From the human T2T-CHM13v2.0 reference genome, Homo sapiens: a DNA stretch of 64,000 nucleotides. A model generated the notes under the pieces. That model was not told the DNA's origin. It was given only the letters and a program-made list of their open reading frames with translations, and made no database searches. Position 1 is the stretch's first letter. Every line of letters starts with the position of its first letter. The position numbers and the translations under genes were made by a program. Below are positions 1 through 15,000 of the stretch, in pieces. The stretch lies in the NCBI RefSeq assembly GCF_009914755.1, contig NC_060939.1; one strand, written 5' to 3'.

Positions 1-3000
1 CATTCCGTTCAATCCATTCCATTCCAGTCCATTCCATTCGAGTCCGTTCCATTCCAGTCCATTCCATTCGAGTCAATTCCATTCCAATCGATGTCTTTCC
101 ATAACGATCCATTCCATTCTATTCCTTTCGATTCCATTCCATTCTATTTCATTCCATTCGATTCCCTTCCATTGGACTCCTTTCCATTCGAGTGCATTCC
201 ATTCCGTTCCATTTCTTTCCGTTCTGTACGATTCCTACCGTTCGATTTCATTTTGTTCCAGTTCATTCCTTTCGCGTCCATTCCATTCCATTTCACTCCA
301 TTCGATTCCATTCCCCTCGATTCCACTTCGTTCCATTTCATTGCATTCCATTCTATTCAACTCTATTGCCTTCCATTCCATTCCATTCGATTACATTCCA
401 TGCGATTCCATTCGAAATCGAATCAATTACATTGCAATCCATTACTATTGAGTCCATTTTATTCCAGTCCACTGCATTCTGGTCCATTCCATTTGATTCC
501 ATTCCATTCTATTCCATTCCATACAGTTGCATTCCATTGGATTCCATTCTATATCTTTAAATTCAATTCGAGACCATTGCTTTTGAGTCCATTCTATATG
601 ATTCCATTCCATTCAAGTCCATTACATTTGGTTCAATTCCATTCCATTCCATTCCCTTCCATTCCATTCCAGTTGATATCAATCCATTCGATTCCATTCC
701 ATTCGAGCACATTCCATTCGAGTCCATTCCATTCGATGCCATTCCATTTGATTCTATTCCATTAGTCTCCATTCAATTCCATTAATCTCCATTCCATTCC
801 ATTCTACTCCAACTGATTCCATTCCATTCTATTCCTTTCCATTCCATTTCATTCCATTCCATTCCATTTCATTCCATTCCATTCCATTCCATTCCATTCG
901 CTTCCATTCCATTCGTGTCCATTCCATTCCAGTCCATTCCATTTGTGTCCACTGCATTCCATTCCACTCCATTCCATATTATTCCATTACACTCCATTCC
1001 ATTCTATTACTTTCATTTCCATTCAATTCCATTCCATTTGATTCCATTCCACTCGGTTTCATTCCATTTGAGTCCACTCCATTCCATTCCATTCCATTCC
1101 ATTCAGTTCCATTCCATTCTGTTCCATTCCATTCCGTTCCATTACATTCCATTCCATTCGGTACCATTCCATATTGTTCCATTCGATTCCATTCGAATCC
1201 ATTCCATTCCAGTCCATTCCATTCGATTCCATTCCATTCATTTCAATTCCATTCCATTCCATTCCATTACATTCCACTTGATTCCTCTCCATTCCCTTCC
1301 ACTGCATTCCGTTCGATTCCATTCCATTGCATTGCATTCCCTTCCATTGGATTGCATTCCATTCGATTCCATTCCATTCGAATCAATTACATAGCAATCC
1401 ATTACATTCGAGTCTATTCTATTCCGTTCCATTCGATTTCGTTCCAATCCATTCGATTCCATTCCATTCGATTCCATTCCATACTATTGCATTCCATTCG
1501 ATTACATTATATTCGAATAAGTTCCATTCAAGACCATTTCTTTTGAGTCCATTCTATTTGAGTCCATTCCCTTTGATTCCATAACATTTGAGTCCATTCA
1601 ATTCCATTCCTTTCGTTTCCATTCCATTTGATGCCATTCCATTCAATTCTGTTCTACTCGACTCCAATACATTCAATTCCATTCCATCCGATTCCATTAC
1701 ATTCTTTTCATTTCTTATCCATTTCAAGCCATTCCACTCCATTCCATTCCACTCGTTTCCTTTCCATTCGAGTCCATTCCTCTCCAGTCCATTCCGTTCA
1801 ATCCATTCCATTCCAGTCCATTCCATTCGAGTCCGTTCCATTCCAGTCCATTCCATTCGAGTCAATTCCATTCCATTCGATGTCTTTCCATAACGATCCA
1901 TTCCATTCTATTCCTTTCGATTCCATTCCATTCTATTTCATTCCATTCGATTCCCTTCCATTGGACTCCTTTCCATTCGAGTGCATTCCATTCCGTTCCA
2001 TTTCTTTCCGTTCTGTACGATTCCTACCGTTCAATTTCATTTTGTTCCAGTCCATTCCTTTCGCGTCCATTCCATTCCATTTCACTCCATTCGATTCCAT
2101 TCCACTCGATTCCACTTCGTTCCATTTCATTGCATTCCATTCTATTCACTCTATTGCCTTCCATTCCATTCCATTCGATTACATTCCATGCGATTCCATT
2201 CGAAATCGAATCAATTACATTGCAATCCATTACTATTGAGTCCGTTTTATTCCAGTCCACTGCATTCTGGTCCATTCCATTTCATTCCACTCCATTCTAT
2301 TCCATTCCATACAGTTGCATTCCATTGGATTCCATGCTATATCTATAAATTCAATTCGAGACCATTGCTTTTGAGTCCATTCTATATGATTCCATTCCAT
2401 TCAAGTCCATTACATTTGGTTCAATTCCATTCCATTCCATTCCCTTCCATTCCATTCCATTTGATATCAATCCATTCGATTCCATTCCATTCGAGCACAT
2501 TCCATTCGAGTCCATTCCATTCGATGCCATTCCATTTGATTCTATTCCATTAGTCTCCATTCAATTCCATTAATCTCCATTCCATTCCATTCTACTCCAA
2601 CTGATTCCATTCCATTCTATTCCTTTCCATTCCATTTCACTCCATTCCATTCCATTTCATTCCATTCCATTCCATTCGTGTCCATTCCACTCCAGTCCAT
2701 TACATTCGTGTCCATTCCATTCCAGTCCATTCCATTTGTGTCCACTGCATTCCATTCCACTCCATTCCATATTATTCCATTACACTCCATTCCATTCTAT
2801 TACTTTCATTTCCATTCAATTCCATTCCATTTGATTCCATTCCACTCGAATTCATTCCATTTGAGTCCACTCCATTCCATTCCATTCCATTCCATTCAGT
2901 TCCATTCCATTCTGTTCCATTCCATTCCGTTCCATTGCATTCCATTCCATTCGGTACCATTCCATATTGTTCCATTCGATTCCATTCGAATCCATTCCAT

Positions 3001-6000
3001 TCCAGTCCATTCCATTCGATTCCATTCCATTCATTTCAATTCCATTCCATTCCATTCCATTCCGCTTGATTCCACTCCATTCCCTTCCACTGCATTCCAT
3101 TGCATTGCATTCCATTCCATTGGATTGCATTCCATTCGATTCCATTCCATTCGAATCAATTACATAGCAATCCATTACATTCGAGTCTATTCTCTTCCGT
3201 TCCATTCGATTTCGTTCCAATCCATTCGATTCCATTCCATTCGATTCCATTCCATACTATTGCATTCCATTCGATTACATTATATTCGAATAAGTTCCAT
3301 TCAAGACCATTTCTTTTGAGTCCATTCTATTTGAGTCCATTCCCTTTGATTCCATAACATTTGAGTCCATTCAATTCCATTCCTTTCGTTTCCATTCCAT
3401 TTGATGCCATTCCATTCAATTCTGTTCTACTCGACTCCAATACATTCAATTCCATTCCATCCGATTCCATTACATTCTTTTCATTTCTTATCCATTTCAA
3501 GCCATTCCACTCCATTCCATTCCACTCGTTTCCTTTCCATTCGAGTCCATTCCTCTCCAGTCCATTCCGTTCAATCCATTCCATTCCAGTCCATTCCATT
3601 CGAGTCCGTTCCATTCCAGTCCATTCCATTCGAGTCAATTCCATTCCATTCGATGTCTTTCCATAACGATCCATTCCATTCTATTCCTTTCGATTCCATT
3701 CCATTCTATTTCATTCCATTCGATTCCCTTCCATTGGACTCCTTTCCATTCGAGTGCATTCCATTCCGTTCCATTTCTTTCCGTTCTGTACGATTCCTAC
3801 CGTTCGATTTCATTTTGTTCCAGTCCATTCTTTCGCGTCCATTCCATTCCATTTCACTCCATTCGATTCCATTCCACTCGATTCCACTTCGTTCCATTTC
3901 ATTGCATTCCATTCTATTCAACTCTATTGCCTTCCATTCCATTCCATTCGATTACATTCCATGCGATTCCATTCGAAATCGAAACAATTACATTGCAATC
4001 CATTACTATTGAGTCCGTTTTATTCCAGTCCACTGCATTCTGGTCCATTCCATTTGATTCCATTCCATTCTATTCCATTCCATACAGTTGCATTCCATTG
4101 GATTCCATTCTATATCTATAAATTCAATTCGAGACCATTGCTTTTGAGTCCATTCTATATGATTCCATTCCATTCAAGTCCATTACATTTGGTTCAATTC
4201 CATTCCATTCCATTCCCTTCCATTCCATTCCAGTTGATATCAATCCATTCGATTCCATTCCATTCGAGCACATTCCATTCGAGTCCATTCCATTCGATGC
4301 CATTCCATTTGATTCTATTCCATTAGTCTCCATTCAATTCCATTAATCTCCATTCCATTCCATTCTACTCCAACTGATTCCATTCCATTCTATTCCTTTC
4401 CATTCCATTTTATTCCATTCCATTCCATTTCATTCCATTCCATTCCATTCGTGTCCATTCCACTCCAGTCCATTCCATTCGTGTCCATTCCATTCCAGTC
4501 CATTCCATTTGTGTCCACTGCATTCCATTCCACTCCATTCCATATTATTCCATTACACTCAATTCCATTCTATTACTTTCATTTCCATTGAATTCCATTC
4601 CATTTGATTCCATTCCACTCGGTTTCATTCCATTTGAGTCCACTCCATTCCATTCCATTCCATTCCATTCAGTTCCATTCCATTCTGTTCCATTCCATTC
4701 CGTTCCATTACATTCCATTCCATTCGGTACCATTCCATATTGTTCCATTCGATTCCATTCGAATCCATTCCATTCCAGTCCATTCCATTCGATTCCATTC
4801 CATTCATTTCAATTCCATTCCATTCCATTCCATTACATTCCACTTGATTCCTCTCCATTCCCTTCCACTGCATTCCGTTCGATTCCATTCCATTGCATTG
4901 CATTCCATTCCATTGGATTGCATTCCATTCGATTCCATTCCATTCGAATCAATTACATAGCAATCCATTACATTCGAGTCTATTCTATTCCGTTCCATTC
5001 GATTTCGTTCCAATCCATTCGATTCCATTCCATTCGATTCCATTCCATACTATTGCATTCCATTCGATTACATTATATTCGAATAAGTTCCATTCAAGAC
5101 CATTTCTTTTGAGTCCATTCTATTTGAGTCCATTCCCTTTGATTCCATAACATTTGAGTCCATTCAATTCCATTCCTTTCGTTTCCATTCCATTTGATGC
5201 CATTCCATTCAATTCTGTTCTACTCGACTCCAATACATTCAATTCCATTCCATCCGATTCCATTACATTCTTTTCATTTCTTATCCATTTCAAGCCATTC
5301 CACTCCATTCCATTCCACTCGTTTCCTTTCCATTCGAGTCCATTCCTCTCCAGTCCATTCCGTTCAATCCATTCCATTCCAGTCCATTCCATTCGAGTCC
5401 GTTCCATTCCAGTCCATTCCATTCGAGTCAATTCCATCCCATTCGATGTCTTTCCATAACGATCCATTCCATTCTATTCCTTTCGATTCCATTCCATTCT
5501 ATTTCATTCCATTCGATTCCCTTCCATTGGACTCCTTTCCATTCGAGTGCATTCCATTCCGTTCCATTTCTTTCCGTTCTGTACGATTCCTACCGTTCGA
5601 TTTCATTTTGTTCCAGTCCATTCCTTTCGCGTCCATTCCATTCCATTTCACTCCATTCGATTCCATTCCACTCGATTCCACTTCGTTCCACTTCATTGCA
5701 TTCCATTCTATTCAACTCTATTGCCTTCCATTCCATTCCATTCGATTACATTCCATGCGATTCCATTCGAAATCGAATCAATTACATTGCAATCCATTAC
5801 TATTGAGTCCGTTTTATTCCAGTCCACTGCATTCTGGTCCATTCCATTTGATTCCATTCCATTCTATTCCATTCCATACAGTTGCATTCCATTGGATTCC
5901 ATGCTATATCTATAAATTCAATTCGAGACCATTGCTTTTGAGTCCATTCTATATGATTCCATTCCATTCAAGTCCATTACATTTGGTTCAACTCCATTCC

Positions 6001-9000
6001 ATTCCATTCCCTTCCATTCCATTCCAGTTGATATCAATCCATTCGATTCCATTCCATTCGAGCACATTCCATTCGAGTCCATTCCATTCGATGCCATTCC
6101 ATTTGATTCTATTCCATTAGTCTCCATTCAATTCCATTAATCTCCATTCCATTCCATTCTAATCCAACTGATTCCATTCCATTCTATTCCTTTCCATTCC
6201 ATTTCATTCCATTCCATTCCATTTCATTCCATTCCATTCCATTCGCTTCCATTCCATTCGTGTCCATTCCACTCCAGTCCATTCCATTCATGTCCATTCC
6301 ATTCCAGTCCATTCCATTTGTGTCCACTGCATTCCATTCCACTCCATTCCATATTATTTCATTACACTCCATTCCATTCTATTACTTTCATTTCCATTCA
6401 ATTCCATTCCATTTGATTCCATTCCACTCGGTTTCATTCCATTTGAGTCCACTCCATTCCATTCCATTCCATTCAGTTCCATTCCATTCTGTTCCATTCC
6501 ATTCCGTTCCATTGCATTCCATTCCATTCGGTACCATTCCATATTGTTCCATTCGATTCCATTCGAATCCATTCCATTCCAGTCCATTCCATTCGATTCC
6601 ATTCCATTCCTTTCAATTCCATTCCATTCCATTCCATTCCACTTGATTCCACTCCATTCCCTTCCACTGCATTCCATTCGATTCCATTCCATTGCATTGC
6701 ATTCCATTCCATTGGACTGCATTCCATTCGATTCCATTCCATTCGAATCAATTACATAGCAATCCATTACATTCGAGTCTATTCTATTACGTTCCATTCG
6801 ATTTCGTTCCAATCCATTCGATTCCATTCCATTCGATTCCATTCCATACTATTGCATTCCATTCTATTACATTATATTCGAATAAGTTCCATTCAAGACC
6901 ATTTCTTTTGAGTCCATTCTATTTGAGTCCATTCCCTTTGATTCCATAACATTTGAGTCCATTCAATTCCATTCCTTTCGTTTCCATTCCATTTGATGCC
7001 ATTCCATTCAATTCTGTTCTACTCGACTCCAATACATTCAATTCCATTCCATCCGATTCCATTACATTCTTTTCATTTCTTATCCATTTCAAGCCATTCC
7101 ACTCCATTCCATTCCACTCGTTTCCTTTCCATTCGAGTCCATTCCTCTCCAGTCCATTCCGTTCAATCCATTCCATTCCAGTCCATTCCATTCGAGTCCG
7201 TTCCATTCCAGTCCATTCCATTCGAGTCAATTCCATTCCATTCGATGTCTTTCCATAACGATCCATTCCATTCTATTCCTTTCGATTCCATTCCATTCTA
7301 TTTCATTCCATTCGATTCCCTTCCATTGGACTCCTTTCCATTCGAGTGCATTCCATTCCGTTCCATTTCTTTCCGTTCTGTACGATTCCTACCGTTCAAT
7401 TTCATTTTGTTCCAGTCCATTCCTTTCGCGTCCATTCCATTCCATTTCACTCCATTCGATTCCATTCCACTCGATTCCACTTCGTTCCATTTCATTGCAT
7501 TCCATTCTATTCAACTCTATTGCCTTCCATTCCATTCCATTCGATTACATTCCATGCGATTCCATTCGAAATCGAATCAATTACATTGCAATCCATTACT
7601 ATTGAGTCCGTTTTATTCCAGTCCACTGCATTCTGGTCCATTCCATTTGATTCCATTCCATTCTATTCCATTCCATACAGTTGCATTCCATTGGATTCCA
7701 TTCTATATCTATAAATTCAATTCGAGACCATTGCTTTTGAATCCATTCCATATGATTCCATTCCATTCAAGTCCATTACATTTGGTTCAATTCCATTCCA
7801 TTCCATTCCCTTCCATTCCATTCCAGTTGATATCAATCCATTCGATTCCATTCCATTCGAGCACATTCCATTCGAGTCCATTCCATTCGATGCCATTCCA
7901 TTTGATTCTATTCCATTAGTCTCCATTCAATTCCATTAATCTCCATTCCATTCCATTATACTCCAACTGATTCCATTCCATTCTATTCCTTTCCATTCCA
8001 TTTCATTCCATTCCATTCCATTTCATTCCATTCCATTCCATTCGTGTCCATTCCACTCCAGTGCATTCCATTCGTGTCCATTCCATTCCAGTCCATTCCA
8101 TTTGTGTCCACTGCATTCCATTCCACTCCATTCCATATTATTCCATTACACTCCATTCCATTCTATTACTTTCATTTCCATTCAATTCCAGTCCATTTGA
8201 TTCCATTCCACTCGGTTTCATTCCATTTGAGTCCACTCCATTCCATTCCATTCCATTCAGTTCCATTCCATTCTGTTCCATTCCATTCCGTTCCATTACA
8301 TTCCATTCCATTCGGTACCATTCCATATTGTTCCATTCGATTCCATTCGAATCCATTCCATTCCAGTCCATTCCATTCGATACCATTCCATTCATTTCAA
8401 TTCCATTCCATTCCATTCCATTCCATTCCACTTGATTCCTCTCCATTCCCTTCCACTGCATTCCGTTCGATTCCATTCCATTGCATTGCATTCCATTCCA
8501 TTGGACTGCATTCCATTCGATTCCATTCCATTCGAATCAATTACATAGCAATCCATTACATTCGAGTCTATTCTATTACGTTCCATTCGATTTCGTTCCA
8601 ATCCATTCGATTCCATTCCATTCGATTCCATTCCATACTATTGCATTCCATTCTATTACATTATATTCGAATAAGTTCCATTCAAGACCATTTCTTTTGA
8701 GTCCATTCTATTTGAGTCCATTCCCTTTGATTCCATAACATTTGAGTCCATTCAATTCCATTCCTTTCGTTTCCATTCCATTTGATGCCATTCCATTCAA
8801 TTCTGTTCTACTCGACTCCAATACATTCAATTCCATTCCATCCGATTCCATTACATTCTTTTCATTTCTTATCCATTTCAAGCCATTCCACTCCATTCCA
8901 TTCCACTCGTTTCCTTTCCATTCGAGTCCATTCCTCTCCAGTCAATTCCGTTCAATCCATTCCATTCCAGTCCATTCCATTCGAGTCCGTTCCATTCCAG

Positions 9001-12000
9001 TCCATTCCATTCGAGTCAATTCCATTCCATTCGATGTCTTTCCATAACGATCCATTCCATTCTATTCCTTTCGATTCCATTCCATTCTATTTCATTCCAT
9101 TCGATTCCCTTCCATTGGACTCCTTTCCATTCGAGTGCATTCCATTCCGTTCCATTTCTTTCCGTTCTGTACGATTCCTACCGTTCGATTTCATTTTGTT
9201 CCAGTCCATTCCTTTCGCGTCCATTCCATTCCATTTCACTCCATTCGATTCCATTCCACTCGATTCCACTTCGTTCCATTTCATTGCATTCCATTCTATT
9301 CAACTCTATTGCCTTCCATTCCATTCCATTCGATTACATTCCATGCGATTCCATTCGAAATCGAATCAATTACATTGCAATCCATTACTATTGAGTCCGT
9401 TTTATTCCAGTCCACTGCATTCTGGTCCATTCCATTTGATTCCATTCCATTCTATTCCATTCCATACAGTTGCATTCCATTGGATTCCATTCTATATCTA
9501 TAAATTCAATTCGAGACCATTGCTTTTGAATCCATTCCATATGATTCCATTCCATTCAAGTCCATTACATTTGGTTCAATTCCATTCCATTCCATTCCCT
9601 TCCATTCCATTCCAGTTGATATCAATCCATTCGATTCCATTCCATTCGAGCACATTCCATTCGAGTCCATTCCATTCGATGCCATTCCATTTGATTCTAT
9701 TCCATTAGTCTCCATTCAATTCCATTAATCTCCATTCCATTCCATTCTACTCCAACTGATTCCATTCCATTCTATTCCTTTCCATTCCATTTCATTCCAT
9801 TCCATTCCATTTCATTCCATTCCATTCCATTCGTGTCCATTCCACTCCAGTGCATTCCATTCGTGTCCATTCCATTCCAGTCCATTCCATTTGTGTCCAC
9901 TGCATTCCATTCCACTCCATTCCATATTATTCCATTACACTCCATTCCATTCTATTACTTTCATTTCCATTCAATTCCAGTCCATTTGATTCCATTCCAC
10001 TCGGTTTCATTCCATTTGAGTCCACTCCATTCCATTCCATTCCATTCAGTTCCATTCCATTCTGTTCCATTCCATTCCGTTCCATTACATTCCATTCCAT
10101 TCGGTACCATTCCATATTGTTCCATTCGATTCCATTCGAATCCATTCCATTCCAGTCCATTCCATTCGATACCATTCCATTCATTTCAATTCCATTCCAT
10201 TCCATTCCATTCCATTCCACTTGATTCCTCTCCATTCCCTTCCACTGCATTCCGTTCGATTCCATTCCATTGCATTGCATTCCATTCCATTGGATTGCAT
10301 TCCATTCGATTCCATTCCATTCGAATCAATTACATAGCAATCCATTACATTCGAGTCTATTATATTCCGTTCCATTCGATTTCGTTCCAATCCATTCGAT
10401 TCCATTCCATTCGATTCCATTCCATACTATTGCATTCCATTCGATTACATTATATTCGAATAAGTTCCATTCAAGACCATTTCTTTTGAGTCCATTCTAT
10501 TTGAGTCCATTCCCTTTGATTCCATAACATTTGAGTCCATTCAATTCCATTCCTTTCGTTTCCATTCCATTTGATGCCATTCCATTCAATTCTGTTCTAC
10601 TCGACTCCAATACATTCAATTCCATTCCATCCGATTCCATTACATTCTTTTCATTTCTTATCCATTTCAAGCCATTCCACTCCATTCCATTCCACTCGTT
10701 TCCTTTCCATTCGAGTCCATTCCTCTCCAGTCCATTCCGTTCAATCCATTCCATTCCAGTCCATTCCATTCGAGTCCGTTCCATTCCAGTCCATTCCATT
10801 CGAGTCAATTCCATTCCATTCGATGTCTTTCCATAACGATCCATTCCATTCTATTCCTTTCGATTCCATTCCATTCTATTTCATTCCATTCGATTCCCTT
10901 CCATTGGACTCCTTTCCATTCGAGTGCATTCCATTCCGTTCCATTTCTTTCCGTTCTGTACGATTCCTACCGTTCGATTTCATTTTGTTCCAGTTCATTC
11001 CTTTCGCGTCCATTCCATTCCATTTCACTCCATTCGATTCCATTCCCCTCGATTCCACTTCGTTCCATTTCATTGCATTCCATTCTATTCAACTCTATTG
11101 CCTTCCATTCCATTCCATTCGATTACATTCCATGCGATTCCATTCGAAATCGAATCAATTACATTGCAATCCATTACTATTGAGTCCATTTTATTCCAGT
11201 CCACTGCATTCTGGTCCATTCCATTTGATTCCATTCCATTCTATTCCATTCCATACAGTTGCATTCCATTGGATTCCATTCTATATCTATAAATTCAATT
11301 CGAGACCATTGCTTTTGAATCCATTCCATAGGATTCCATTCCATTCAAGTCCATTACATTTGGTTCAATTCCATTCCATTCCATTCCCTTCCATTCCATT
11401 CCAGTTGATATCAATCCATTCGATTCCATTCCATTCGAGCACATTCCATTCCAGTCCATTCCATTCGATGCCATTCCATTTGATTCTATTCCATTAGTCT
11501 CCATTCAATTCCATTAATCTCCATTCCATTCCATTCTACTCCAACTGATTCCATTCCATTCTATTCCTTTCCATTCCATTTCATTCCATTCCATTCCATT
11601 TCATTCCATTCCATTCCATTCGCTTCCATTCCATTCGTGTCCATTCCACTCCAGTCCATTCCATTCGTGTCCATTCCATTCCAGTCCATTCCATTTGTGT
11701 CCACTGCATTCCATTCCACTCCATTCCATATTATTCCATTACACTCCATTCCATTCTATTACTTTCATTTCCATTCAATTCCATTCCATTTGATTCCATT
11801 CCACTCGGTTTCATTCCATTTGAGTCCACTCCATTCCATTCCATTCCATTCCATTCAGTTCCATTCCATTCTGTTCCATTCCATTCCGTTCCATTACATT
11901 CCATTCCATTCGGTACCATTCCATATTGTTCCATTCGATTCCATTCGAATCCATTCCATTCCAGTCCATTCCATTCGATTCCATTCCATTCATTTCAATT

Positions 12001-15000
12001 CCATTCCATTCCATTCCATTACATTCCACTTGATTCCTCTCCATTCCCTTCCACTGCATTCCGTTCGATTCCATTCCATTGCATTGCATTCCATTCCATT
12101 GGATTGCATTCCATTCGATTCCATTCCATTCGAATCAATTACATAGCAATCCATTACATTCGAGTCTATTCTATTCCGTTCCATTCGATTTCGTTCCAAT
12201 CCATTCGATTCCATTCCATTCGATTCCATTCCATACTATTGCATTCCATTCGATTACATTATATTCGAATAAGTTCCATTCAAGACCATTTCTTTTGAGT
12301 CCATTCTATTTGAGTCCATTCCCTTTGATTCCATAACATTTGAGTCCATTCAATTCCATTCCTTTCGTTTCCATTCCATTTGATGCCATTCCATTCAATT
12401 CTGTTCTACTCGACTCCAATACATTCAATTCCATTCCATCCGATTCCATTACATTCTTTTCATTTCTTATCCATTTCAAGCCATTCCACTCCATTCCATT
12501 CCACTCGTTTCCTTTCCATTCGAGTCCATTCCTCTCCAGTCCATTCCGTTCAATCCATTCCATTCCAGTCCATTCCATTCGAGTCCGTTCCATTCCAGTC
12601 CATTCCATTCGAGTCAATTCCATTCCATTCGATGTCTTTCCATAACGATCCATTCCATTCTATTCCTTTCGATTCCATTCCATTCTATTTCATTCCATTC
12701 GATTCCCTTCCATTGGACTCCTTTCCATTCGAGTGCATTCCATTCCGTTCCATTTCTTTCCGTTCTGTACGATTCCTACCGTTCAATTTCATTTTTTTCC
12801 AGTCCATTCCTTTCGCGTCCATTCCATTCCATTTCACTCCATTCGATTCCATTCCACTCGATTCCACTTCGTTCCATTTCATTGCATTCCATTCTATTCA
12901 CTCTATTGCCTTCCATTCCATTCCATTCGATTACATTCCATGCGATTCCATTCGAAATCGAATCAATTACATTGCAATCCATTACTATTGAGTCCGTTTT
13001 ATTCCAGTCCACTGCATTCTGGTCCATTCCATTTCATTCCACTCCATTCTATTCCATTCCATACAGTTGCATTCCATTGGATTCCATGCTATATCTATAA
13101 ATTCAATTCGAGACCATTGCTTTTGAGTCCATTCTATATGATTCCATTCCATTCAAGTCCATTACATTTGGTTCAATTCCATTCCATTCCATTCCCTTCC
13201 ATTCCATTCCATTTGATATCAATCCATTCGATTCCATTCCATTCGAGCACATTCCATTCGAGTCCATTCCATTCGATGCCATTCCATTTGATTCTATTCC
13301 ATTAGTCTCCATTCAATTCCATTAATCTCCATTCCATTCCATTCTACTCCAACTGATTCCATTCCATTCTATTCCTTTCCATTCCATTTCACTCCATTCC
13401 ATTCCATTTCATTCCATTCCATTCCATTCGTGTCCATTCCACTCCAGTCCATTCCATTCGTGTCCATTCCATTCCAGTCCATTCCATTTGTGTCCACTGC
13501 ATTCCATTCCACTCCATTCCATATTATTCCATTACACTCCATTCCATTCTATTACTTTCATTTCCATTCAATTCCATTCCATTTGATTCCATTCCACTCG
13601 AATTCATTCCATTTGAGTCCACTCCATTCCATTCCATTCCATTCCATTCAGTTCCATTCCATTCTGTTCCATTCCATTCCGTTCCATTGCATTCCATTCC
13701 ATTCGGTACCATTCCATATTGTTCCATTCGATTCCATTCGAATCCATTCCATTCCAGTCCATTCCATTCGATTCCATTCCATTCATTTCAATTCCATTCC
13801 ATTCCATTCCATTCCGCTTGATTCCACTCCATTCCCTTCCACTGCATTCCATTGCATTGCATTCCATTCCATTGGATTGCATTCCATTCGATTCCATTCC
13901 ATTCGAATCAATTACATAGCAATCCATTACATTCGAGTCTATTCTCTTCCGTTCCATTCGATTTCGTTCCAATCCATTCGATTCCATTCCATTCGATTCC
14001 ATTCCATACTATTGCATTCCATTCGATTACATTATATTCGAATAAGTTCCATTCAAGACCATTTCTTTTGAGTCCATTCTATTTGAGTCCATTCCCTTTG
14101 ATTCCATAACATTTGAGTCCATTCAATTCCATTCCTTTCGTTTCCATTCCATTTGATGCCATTCCATTCAATTCTGTTCTACTCGACTCCAATACATTCA
14201 ATTCCATTCCATCCGATTCCATTACATTCTTTTCATTTCTTATCCATTTCAAGCCATTCCACTCCATTCCATTCCACTCGTTTCCTTTCCATTCGAGTCC
14301 ATTCCTCTCCAGTCCATTCTGTTCAATCCATTCCATTCCAGTCCATTCCATTCGAGTCCGTTCCATTCCAGTCCATTCCATTCGAGTCAATTCCATTCCA
14401 TTCGATGTCTTTCCATAACGATCCATTCCATTCTATTCCTTTCGATTCCATTCCATTCTATTTCATTCCATTCGATTCCCTTCCATTGGACTCCTTTCCA
14501 TTCGAGTGCATTCCATTCCGTTCCATTTCTTTCCGTTCTGTACGATTCCTACCGTTCGATTTCATTTTGTTCCAGTCCATTCTTTCGCGTCCATTCCATT
14601 CCATTTCACTCCATTCGATTCCATTCCACTCGATTCCACTTCGTTCCATTTCATTGCATTCCATTCTATTCAACTCTATTGCCTTCCATTCCATTCCATT
14701 CGATTACATTCCATGCGATTCCATTCGAAATCGAAACAATTACATTGCAATCCATTACTATTGAGTCCGTTTTATTCCAGTCCACTGCATTCTGGTCCAT
14801 TCCATTTGATTCCATTCCATTCTATTCCATTCCATACAGTTGCATTCCATTGGATTCCATTCTATATCTATAAATTCAATTCCAGACCATTGCTTTTGAG
14901 TCCATTCTATATGATTCCATTCCATTCAAGTCCATTACATTTGGTTCAATTCCATTCCATTCCATTCCCTTCCATTCCATTCCAGTTGATATCAATCCAT

